A stretch of 52,502 bases of DNA from assembly GCA_947168085.1 (NCBI GenBank), contig CAMVKM010000002.1:1-52502 (forward strand), given 5' to 3'. Positions 46,301-52,502 of this stretch are shown here, one piece after another (within the stretch, counting starts at the first letter, position 1; every line of letters starts with the position of its first letter). Both the position numbers and the translations under genes were made by a program. The notes under the pieces are model-generated. The model saw only the letters and a program-made list of their open reading frames with translations. It searched no databases and was not told where the DNA came from. The DNA comes from an uncultured Clostridia bacterium. Lineage in GTDB: Bacteria; Bacillota; Clostridia; Christensenellales; UBA1242.

Positions 46301-49300
46301 AAATAACCACCCGAAATAAGTTCATCACTCTTAAACCATTTGTCATATTCATAAGTTTTCAAAATTGAGTTTAAATTAAAACTATAATTTGCAACAATGG
46401 TATTTCCATTCTCTGTGGTTTTTGTTGTTCCTTCTTCATCATACAAGAACATATCAAAACTCATTTTGTATGTTAAATCATGGTCTTCCAAATCAAGCCA
46501 ATCTTCTATTTGTTGTTGAGTAAATTTGCTGTAAACATAACTTCCTTCAGGAATTTCTGTTGTTCCAAGCTGATCTTCCATGTCTCTAAGACTTGTGTCG
46601 CGATATTTATTGAAAATATTGTAGTCAACACGCAAAACTTCAAGCATAAATTCAACACCTGGATTTTCACCATTAACTTGTCCATCAGTCCAAAGTCTGT
46701 CATCGTAAGAATAGTATTTGTTGAATTTGTTAGATAATTGCACTTCACCAGCAACTGAATCATCAGTGTCCGCTGTCGCCCAATTTGAACCATTTCCAAG
46801 TTTTCCACCACGAATAATTTCAGTCTCCCAAATAAAGTTTGGATCAGACATCAAAATATTGTGTGTTCTGTCATAAATTTCTGTGTAAAGTGGCAAATCA
46901 AGCCAACCATCAATAGTAGCGTAAATGCCTATGGTGTTACTGTTGTCTTCAAGGCTGTTGTCTGCCCACAAAACCTCATACAAACTTTGATGGAATGGTT
47001 TTAAAGGATTTTCACCCGGCTCAAGAGTATACTGTTGTGTGATCTTCAAATCATTTACTAAAATCACAAAAGTAACATCACGGCTTTGTCTTGTGTTGTT
47101 ACTAAAAGTCCAACTAAAGTCACCATAATTGTTTTCGTCAGTTTTGTCGTTGTTAAGACCAACATTTTGGATGTAAAGGTCAGCATAAGCTGCTCCCCAA
47201 TCTTTCCAAAATCTAAATGTTGTCTCTTTTGTGTCAAACATGTCTTGAAGTGTTGCATATGTGTCAATGTAGTTATATGCATTCAAGTCACTAGATGTTT
47301 TAAAGAACGAAACAGAACTAACTCCTGCTTGTGTTTTTATGGATTCACCACCACGAATAAGATCACGGAAACTTGAATTATAATGATAAACATCAACAAT
47401 TTCTGCTGTTGAATAAATGTAGTAAAGGTCATTAAAGTCAAGAATTGTTCGAATTATTCCATGGTCATTTACTTCTTTAAGTTCAAAAATTGTTTCTGTT
47501 CCAAAAAGTTTTTGTGTAAGTTCGTTAAGCTGGTAATGAACAGTGTAAATCCCATCTTCATCATCATCAACATAGGTAACATCAACAAAAGCACTAAATG
47601 TCGTAACTTCTCCTGCTGATGTTTCCATTGACACGTCATACTGAATTGTTAAGTTTAATGTTGGATCTAACACTATTGTGTAGAAGTTTGACGAATCAAG
47701 ATATCCACCCATTTCTTCAATACTCTTGTCAAACCATTCATAACCATGGTTGCTTCGTGTTTCCAAAATGTAACTGCCATTTTCTTGCAAAATTAAATCA
47801 GCATGAACTGTTCCAATGTGATGGCAATAAGAAATTGCTTTTGTTTCATTTAAATCACTGTTTAAAATAAAGTTGTTTAGGTCTTCTTCACTTGAAATCC
47901 ACTTTGTTTTGAAGAAAAAGTTTGCATAACTCATAAGAGTAATGTTTTTAAGAACGAAGTTAAACACAGACACAGTAGGCTCAACTTGTCCTAAAGCATT
48001 TTGTTTTGTTCTTGCTTGTTCTTTCCACAAAAATTGTCCATCAGCATCAAAACACCAAACTTCAAAAAGCGCATCAATTTCACTAATTCCATGTTGAATT
48101 TTTAAATCATAAAGTGTGTTGTAATCGTCAGTTCTGTATTCAACAGCTTCAAGTGAAACATTGCCAATCATGTGTCTTTGATAAATTGTGAGTTTTTCAA
48201 TATTTTTAAGACCAAATGTGTAATCAAAAAGATTTGTGTCACTGTAGTAAACGTGGTCACCAACAGCAACAAGTTTTAAATAATAAAGCCCTGGAGAAAG
48301 ATCAAAACTTTGTGTTTGAAGATCTAAAAGACTCAATTTTAAAACTCTAATATTAGCAAACACCGCTTCAGAAACTAGGCATGTTGGCATCTCGGTTTGC
48401 AATGCTGTTGAAAGGGCTGTGTTAACATCAATGTTTTCTTCTTCCGTTAATCCAACAGCGTTTTGATACTCAATTTGAACTTTGTTTGCATCAACTTGAA
48501 CAAATCTGGCAACTTTAAGTTCAATATCAAATCTTTCATTAATATGTGCAAACGCCCTGTTAACCGCACTTTCAATCATTTCAGCTGTAATAGTAGAATT
48601 TGATGAAGAAATTTCAATCAAACTTCCATCTTGATAAAAATAAATATCAAATGACTCAACACCAACTGGTTTATCAACACTTCTTCTAACTGTTTTTATG
48701 TTGAAAATGTAACTATCAAGATGAGCATTAACAATCTCCAGCAAACTTTGGTCTTCAACATAAATTGGTTCACCATAAGTGCTGTGAGTCTCATCATTTG
48801 GTGTGTGGTCAGCGTATTGAACATAGCTGTCCACAACAACATCAACATATTCAATACTTGCATCCAAAACTAGTTGTCTGTTGTTAATAAATTCATGTTC
48901 AACAGTGTCACCAATTCGCTTGTAAGAATTTGCACCAACAGGAACAACTGTTATGTAAAACTTGTAGTCCCCAGCCGGAATGGCTTCAAGAAATTCTGTA
49001 AGATTTAAAGAAATTTGAGTGTTTTGTGCACCTTCGATGTAGAAATTCTCACCGGCGCCATTGTAAATGTAGTAAACTGGAGCAACTCTAGTTGTTGATA
49101 TACCTGCTTTTAAGTAATAAATGCTTGTAACATCGCCCAAAACAGCATCATGAAAAATCATTTCTTCGCCATCAAAATTCTTAACTTGAATTTGAAATGC
49201 TGAACTTGAAAAGTCATCATTTTGCGCTTTAAATTTTAAAGTTTTGCTTCTTTCACTGCCCAGCAAAGTGTAATCTTCTTCAAAAACATAATTTGGATCA

Positions 49301-52300
49301 AAAACTGTTCCTGCTTTTTCATAAATCATCAAGTCAACACGGCTTTCACCAAAACCCTCATAACCTTCGCCTGGTTGAGTTTGTCCACCTTGTTGTCCAC
49401 CAAAAGGATTGTGTGTTGAAATGATGTTTTTTGCTTTATCAGAAGCAACAACTCCCCAAAGACTGTAAATGCCCTTTTCAATAAATGGAACAACACTTCC
49501 ACCTTCATCTTTTGTTAGTGATTGAAGTTTGTTTATCCACTCTGTTATGTTCGCGCTATAAGAAATTGAATTTTCATCACCTAAAAGATTTATTTGAATT
49601 GGTGTTTCAAATTCATCCACACTAACGCTTCCCAAAACAGAAGTTGTGTTGTCCCCATTAAATGTTGGAACTGTTATGGTAATTTGATCGTAAGGATAAC
49701 ATGTTTGCAATCCCCCCATTCCATCATCAACAACATAACACCACTTGCCTTCGCCATCAAGAACAAAACTGTTAGACACAACAAAGTAGTCACTTAAAAC
49801 AAAGTCATATTTTGTTGCCACATTTTTGTCATCATTTGCCTTTGTCGCTTTCCAAGTAAGTGTGTAATCTGTTAAATCTTCACTTATGGACAAATTTAAC
49901 CAAACTGTTCTAGAAATTTCAAGCGGAAGATTAACTTCACGATAAATGGTTCCACCCCTAAAGATTGTGTGAACTTTTTCTAATTCATCAGTAACATAAA
50001 AATCTGAAACAACCATTGTAATAATACAATCACGAACAACTGATGTTAACTGAGATTCAAGATTTAATCGAGTTTTTCCAGCTTCAGTTTGAAAATCACT
50101 GTCTTGCGATATTGCATTATAAACAAGAGTTGCATAACCTTCTCGGTCTAAGTAAACCGTGTAAAGAAGATTTTTTGAGTGGTTTGAAAGCAAAACTTCT
50201 GAAACGTCATTAAATGGATCATCCCAAACAAGGAAGTAAGTTCCATCTAAGTCAATTGTCATGTCAAAATAAGGCAAATCAACTCCACCCACATAAAATG
50301 TGTCGTAGACAACCGCTGAAAAACCAACAATTTCAGTGTTTGATTTCGAATAAACCAAAGCACCATAAATTTTCGTGTAGTCACTGGCATCAAAATTTTG
50401 AATTACAAACGAATTTTCTGTTGTTGTAAACCAAAAATCCATGTCTGACACACTGTCATAAAGATCAGCGTAATCTTCAAAATTTTCATTGTAAAATGGA
50501 TAATTTTCTGATTCACTTGTGTAAGAAAAGTAAAGTTTGTTCAATCTTTGTTCAAGATAAACATCTTCCATAACTCCACCGGTTGTTTTATCATAACGGT
50601 AAAGTTTTACCGTGTTTTGTTCTATGTCCCACTCATAGTAAACATAACCATATGAAGAACCTTCAACAGCATCCCAAGTAATTGTTCCATCAGAAAGCAT
50701 TTTAAGGTTTGTTGGTGCTGGCGTTCTTAATGATGTTATGATTGTGTAAGATTTTGCTTCTGACTCAGTTTTAAACACAAAACTTTCTGGCATTGGGTTT
50801 GAAATCATTTCTTGATAAGCATCTGTTGGGTTTGGATACTTGTCAAGTTTTATCACATGTTCAAAATCAGTTGATTGTGTTGCATCAAAACTTGCTGCTG
50901 TTACTGAAAATTCAAAGTTGTAATCAAATGTTTGCCATGTAATGACGCCCCCAAGGCCTCTTGGATCAAAGCCATTTATGTAACCAATTGGAATTTTGTA
51001 CTTAAACAAAATTGATGATTCGGTTTCTTCATAATTGTAGTAATATGATGAATCTTGATTTATGCCAAGTTCAAAATTAGTTGTTTGTGGCACAAAATTT
51101 GCTTCATCACTTTTTGTTGAAATAGTTAAATTAAAACCTTTAAAGTTGTCTGTAATCAAACTTTTTAATGTTAAAATGCTTACCAAAACTGGAGTTGTTG
51201 AACCAATTTCACCTGGAGTAACAACAACACTTTCAACAGGGTCAAGAGTGCTGGCATAGTAAACATAAATTGGGTTAGACCAACCACTTTCAGTTGCTAT
51301 GGAAGTCTCTTGGAATTTTATGGTAATTTCATAAATGCCCTGCTTGCTCTCAAAAAGTTCTTTTGTATCAATAAAATAACCATAAAACTCTAAGGTTCTT
51401 GAAACTCTCATAACATTTATGTCTTTAATTTCTTTGTCTATGACTGTGTTTCCATAAACATTTGAAATTGAAACAGTTATTTTGGCGTTTGTTTTTGAGT
51501 TGTCATAATTGCTGTTTGCTGTTTGTTCAATGTAAACAAGATTTTGTTTTGTTGCCAATTCATCACTTGTAATGTAAGCTTTTAAAAGTGCGTCATTATC
51601 TTCCTTAAAACCAATTCGTGGAGCACGAATGCTGATTGACTTTGGTTTAAAGCCACGAGCTGTAGGAGCAGAATCTTTAAAATGTTTAGCATCATTTCCA
51701 AGCACAACAAGTTCCAAACGATAGCTGCTTCCAGAAATCATTCCTGTCATGCCATAGTATTTGAAAGTGTAAGTGTCAGTTTTTTCTTCTAGTGTTGCAA
51801 TCAAACTTGTTTCTGTTGTCGAAACTTGTTCTAAAACAGTCCAAATTCCATCAATCAAAACAAATTCGCGTTCCATAGAATCAACAAATGTAAATCCATT
51901 GTCTGTTGCCTTTATTGCAAAAGTTATCATAATTGAAGTGCTTGCAACATTAAACAAACTTAATTTGTAACCACCAGCATCAACTGCTTCAATTTGGCCA
52001 TCTTCTGTTCTGTTTTTTCCTTGAATTTTGGCAAAAGTTGCATTAAGTGTTGGCACTGTTTGTCCATCTTGTTGACTGCCCGTAAAACCATCAACAAAAT
52101 CAATTCTTGAACTATCAAAAATTTGGCTTACTTCGTAAACAATTTCTGCACTTCTTTCACTTGAAACACACGTTCCATCTTCTTGAATCCATGATGTGTT
52201 GCTTGCAACAACAAAAATTCTGTAATTTCCATTGCTTACATTGCCAGCATTTAAGTAGTCACTTAAATTTGTGCTTAATGTTATGGTGTTGTTTGAAAAT

Positions 52301-52502
52301 GTTAAATTTGTTCCTTCAGTTTCACCTGTTTGTGTGTTAAAACCACCAAGTAGTTTGATGTTTGGCTCAAATTCTTCTGTTTCATAATCATAATAAGCAT
52401 AAACAGCATAAAAGTTTGCAAAATCATCTTTTGTTATTTCAATTCTTGAACCCTGGCTTGTTACAACTGGTTTTCTGATAACTGGATAGTATTCAAACAA
52501 CG
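40351..52502 (-). CDS. Giant surface protein, collinear paralogue of giant B (giant A). It is partial, with the 5' end beyond the right edge and at least 4,049 aa in the window.
   Basis: The reading frame is open to the window edge. The track's M1 is a TTG at the edge, not a real start. Its first residues FEYYPVIRKPVVTSQGSRIEI align with residue about 1175 of giant B (FEYLPILDAPVVTLNGTQLQI). Collinear matches continue to the C-terminus, for example NIWGFYSKPIGQDIYASTD vs NIWGFYQTPIAQDIFVSTD and ILKLSHLRNITTTYTF vs VLKLSHLRDISAKYNF. It ends with four CxxCxGxG repeats. Confidence 0.9.
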   Translation of the reverse strand, partial: LFEYYPVIRKPVVTSQGSRIEITKDDFANFYAVYAYYDYETEEFEPNIKLLGGFNTQTGETEGTNLTFSNNTITLSTNLSDYLNAGNVSNGNYRIFVVASNTSWIQEDGTCVSSERSAEIVYEVSQIFDSSRIDFVDGFTGSQQDGQTVPTLNATFAKIQGKNRTEDGQIEAVDAGGYKLSLFNVASTSIMITFAIKATDNGFTFVDSMEREFVLIDGIWTVLEQVSTTETSLIATLEEKTDTYTFKYYGMTGMISGSSYRLELVVLGNDAKHFKDSAPTARGFKPKSISIRAPRIGFKEDNDALLKAYITSDELATKQNLVYIEQTANSNYDNSKTNAKITVSISNVYGNTVIDKEIKDINVMRVSRTLEFYGYFIDTKELFESKQGIYEITIKFQETSIATESGWSNPIYVYYASTLDPVESVVVTPGEIGSTTPVLVSILTLKSLITDNFKGFNLTISTKSDEANFVPQTTNFELGINQDSSYYYNYEETESSILFKYKIPIGYINGFDPRGLGGVITWQTFDYNFEFSVTAASFDATQSTDFEHVIKLDKYPNPTDAYQEMISNPMPESFVFKTESEAKSYTIITSLRTPAPTNLKMLSDGTITWDAVEGSSYGYVYYEWDIEQNTVKLYRYDKTTGGVMEDVYLEQRLNKLYFSYTSESENYPFYNENFEDYADLYDSVSDMDFWFTTTENSFVIQNFDASDYTKIYGALVYSKSNTEIVGFSAVVYDTFYVGGVDLPYFDMTIDLDGTYFLVWDDPFNDVSEVLLSNHSKNLLYTVYLDREGYATLVYNAISQDSDFQTEAGKTRLNLESQLTSVVRDCIITMVVSDFYVTDELEKVHTIFRGGTIYREVNLPLEISRTVWLNLSISEDLTDYTLTWKATKANDDKNVATKYDFVLSDYFVVSNSFVLDGEGKWCYVVDDGMGGLQTCYPYDQITITVPTFNGDNTTSVLGSVSVDEFETPIQINLLGDENSISYSANITEWINKLQSLTKDEGGSVVPFIEKGIYSLWGVVASDKAKNIISTHNPFGGQQGGQTQPGEGYEGFGESRVDLMIYEKAGTVFDPNYVFEEDYTLLGSERSKTLKFKAQNDDFSSSAFQIQVKNFDGEEMIFHDAVLGDVTSIYYLKAGISTTRVAPVYYIYNGAGENFYIEGAQNTQISLNLTEFLEAIPAGDYKFYITVVPVGANSYKRIGDTVEHEFINNRQLVLDASIEYVDVVVDSYVQYADHTPNDETHSTYGEPIYVEDQSLLEIVNAHLDSYIFNIKTVRRSVDKPVGVESFDIYFYQDGSLIEISSSNSTITAEMIESAVNRAFAHINERFDIELKVARFVQVDANKVQIEYQNAVGLTEEENIDVNTALSTALQTEMPTCLVSEAVFANIRVLKLSLLDLQTQSFDLSPGLYYLKLVAVGDHVYYSDTNLFDYTFGLKNIEKLTIYQRHMIGNVSLEAVEYRTDDYNTLYDLKIQHGISEIDALFEVWCFDADGQFLWKEQARTKQNALGQVEPTVSVFNFVLKNITLMSYANFFFKTKWISSEEDLNNFILNSDLNETKAISYCHHIGTVHADLILQENGSYILETRSNHGYEWFDKSIEEMGGYLDSSNFYTIVLDPTLNLTIQYDVSMETSAGEVTTFSAFVDVTYVDDDEDGIYTVHYQLNELTQKLFGTETIFELKEVNDHGIIRTILDFNDLYYIYSTAEIVDVYHYNSSFRDLIRGGESIKTQAGVSSVSFFKTSSDLNAYNYIDTYATLQDMFDTKETTFRFWKDWGAAYADLYIQNVGLNNDKTDENNYGDFSWTFSNNTRQSRDVTFVILVNDLKITQQYTLEPGENPLKPFHQSLYEVLWADNSLEDNSNTIGIYATIDGWLDLPLYTEIYDRTHNILMSDPNFIWETEIIRGGKLGNGSNWATADTDDSVAGEVQLSNKFNKYYSYDDRLWTDGQVNGENPGVEFMLEVLRVDYNIFNKYRDTSLRDMEDQLGTTEIPEGSYVYSKFTQQQIEDWLDLEDHDLTYKMSFDMFLYDEEGTTKTTENGNTIVANYSFNLNSILKTYEYDKWFKSDELISGGYFLVLSLVTDYNKQHPENPLYKDSVLFESHKLIVAPWIIIDNSVSIVDKIDDPAYQELYPYQSDTPMIHENDPESYKDEHKTAWAENESKRRVYIKFKVEAVPSLQGGTLTYPDTYTIKHSKTGEAFYDPTLAADMSKVGNTFVPISNTPLADGFIYIDISSMFWPKDICDENDPYAEIYRFAYGPHYFRVYGNKVDEVAEESSNKTSKQNQYAMLHYIKFSPIDQSSIKLKQEGKIFELSFSWNCLFYKTVFKNSETPILNMPKIDIINKLQTASQPETFAGEIDFPIVLPENQKRIFMNESGFDYNFSYKFDLEEDSNVLCITPSVVYLIINNLSFQVLSNNFSEFVLDSNISNYQKVFAKGLEAPMLGISTAYSTIKANQQSQENYYYVSADDNFDIAKNNVYHNLYLSLRTEGFILGPNPFASGWRYAMVMIQSAATDTNNIHAPFYIKIDWDGGNYYHITIFDNYVRIDETGSDNYSEVFGNVLAEYSNIGSSSSANYVYAKKTNEYYVKNTETASNVKKTSYTTIEFSAIPIKLGWIFDVYSEDNDKSIYYNVEGSYFLRGKILSKELVIEDPDTLEQITAANNVATLLFYHHVRFAVPIINEVVFEGNYNRQTDPIIEYEGDSPVLKYVEDRGNIITDTKMTITITNVDKRADSIALYLIKGDVDILRDSNRFDATTIRDGGVDPSVIIIKTTFNAFKGNWIFVDEDDYSSMKTITMVLDQRSLNIYQNALGIQNINGKSLYKLFIDTFVPHKLTFAARVFDSRELTEYLVHTSYQNNKVVDFKTENIYPGSTANHSFLQDIMLESVDLKATTLDECKRATTQMNIWGFYSKPIGQDIYASTDFSQPNDMLTTQVKTGETRAFIGQEKYKLSSYLSFSKTEPNKQTGNFRNDNRAFVVVFKKQLSWVENGTGSRMKEFFFGGLLDGESNILDEYEMTKVDGVVSTLYKVSNKTPKRYEVFHPYVIIPDEGTSEYDNVNGEDLGLTFMFNVYWGNALMFSQDLTNIENNSVKRVDSNEPENGRSPKNHDFYGQIYNYFLREGTSLAPGALLRFEVVVSLKEQGSIWTDSQMRSRELMFYCRTTTSEVVVDEMDKDADIWANEETQDSPSSNNTGLLKPNFIPLRYTYDFIENLKINPTHYKIDVYEDNGTFRESFEFDLENRSSESYVNLAKQIESCYNNGNGSTKFMFDVDGKNWATHTSWVFSVQPFYDITLNGQASRIYGHEEWVGSPFDLILKLSHLRNITTTYTFDHSYANNMVNANEITDNSPERHAAAYGNVNSSAIKVGEISGLTGKNADISDDYVSNWTIKVVDVGEKTINGKFNAKDLIIALNNICQNSPGGVYKVKYRLSNTYMTFMSDWSASYNFTYRKIYTNAKNDFTLEQNGTSITFASQNNDDMSAKYNTHSESYNAFGKGTKYNNNLITTLFLQQQSLNSSINSNGDNPVEEFKEKEMQGVKTRSYTIDPTTWDALMVTAHDAKGKEASMASKLVDGGIFREAAIGKFQLGTNHILIKVESQVPEYEIGYYYTFTFDVDYVDSFTPTVSGAPNVETESMKTNGKVLFGFDEEDDVGTVNYSVDEKTGKISNIAETKGTASAGDNPSSIRIEATIYYRDREYIKNVNYSTTPTYNFNKKFELKGQASGSYEDACEVVHDSGIIYNFLDRPITDETSILEMLFGKQLQLRINDDGFNITVNTEKSNKITKFSQLHLTIYSVFANTALSNPNDPQNRKLIPNDGILEFDLSDADIGSQSGIETGSASNSVSYRGRTNVNASTLSGSMNISGSAGDAEYVHNKTATFNFSGSGSGSASLYETKTGTRSDGSTYTYEVSHGSISWSKSGSSSKTISGPGSISETVWTESKSTGYSMRNATSSSSSECTWSASVEVETGRWAKDLAYKYVKNMDVCPDCGGTGEIKCPKCDGNGYTSGGWFDLTHYGCENCGGSGGGLHIGADPYVRGKGIIECPKCKGTGHVESKEE
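40375..40572 (-). other. Canonical four-repeat DnaJ-type zinc-finger module at the C-terminus of giant A
   Basis: CPDCGGTG, CPKCDGNG, CENCGGSG and CPKCKGTG all match CxxCxGxG. Only 7 residues (HVESKEE) follow before the stop. A Ser/Gly/Thr-rich low-complexity stretch precedes the module. Confidence 0.8.

Noticed and set aside
49712-49717. A C6/G6 run inside giant A (GMGGLQ codons).
   Set aside because: It is too short to be a convincing slipped-strand switch. It is noted only as the second-longest G/C run.
16364-52340. Dozens of 60-150 aa ORFs inside or antisense to the giant genes, for example 33239..33691 (150 aa) and 42933..43256 (107 aa).
   Set aside because: All are embedded in much longer conserved frames. 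They have the Leu/Phe/Cys/His/Gln-rich composition typical of out-of-frame or antisense translation of AT-rich coding DNA, and they lack RBSs.
52498-52500. The track treats a TTG at the window edge as the start codon of the 4,049-aa ORF.
   Set aside because: The frame is open to the edge. The first residues align with residue about 1175 of the paralogue, so the real start lies outside the window.
1-52502. Alternative genetic code 4 (TGA read as Trp), as in Mycoplasma or Spiroplasma.
   Set aside because: TGA terminates the U32 and GT28 genes at family-typical lengths. Reading conserved genes with the standard code gives intact products.
1-52502. Mobile elements, CRISPR arrays, tRNA or rRNA genes, a diversity-generating retroelement, or defence-system genes.
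   Set aside because: I recognised no transposase, integrase or reverse-transcriptase-like ORF. I saw no direct-repeat/spacer array, no GC-rich structured RNA segment in the intergenic regions, and no template/variable repeat pair.

Overview
This is an AT-rich bacterial chromosome segment, roughly one-third GC by eye. It uses the standard genetic code: TAA, TAG and TGA each terminate a conserved gene at the expected length. It most likely comes from a low-GC Firmicutes or Mollicutes-related lineage. I saw no rRNA, tRNA, CRISPR array, transposase or integrase.

About 68% of the window (35.5 kb) is three enormous minus-strand ORFs:
- Giant B (16310..32413) is a 5,367-aa protein with an N-terminal membrane anchor.
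- A 2,419-aa lipoprotein (32442..39701) sits 28 nt upstream of giant B. It carries a Big_2-like domain, many Fn3-like modules and a GLUG-type beta-helix.
- Giant A (40351..>52502) is a diverged, collinear paralogue of giant B of at least 4,049 aa that runs off the right edge.

Both giants end in a DnaJ-type CxxCxGxG zinc-finger module. That is an unusual C-terminus for a protein predicted to be extracellular. A 513-aa bitopic membrane protein with a glycine-zipper TM helix follows giant B, and a terminator follows that. Together these genes look like an uncharacterised cell-surface system.

The left edge carries a second surface-protein pair. One is a 318-aa doubly anchored MBG-like repeat protein. 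The other is a GLUG beta-helix protein of at least 1,057 aa that is missing from the supplied ORF track. Its signal-anchor codons contain a G10 homopolymer, a candidate phase-variation switch.

Between the two surface loci lies ordinary housekeeping DNA. It includes a long-form U32 peptidase, a translationally coupled CotF-like pair, and one long minus-strand operon. The operon runs aspS, ABC-F ATPase, cysS, LOG/TIGR00725-like protein, GT28 glycolipid synthase, zinc-ribbon protein. It starts at a near-consensus promoter and ends at a bidirectional terminator. The ABC-F protein has one composite ATP site degenerate in all three contributing motifs.
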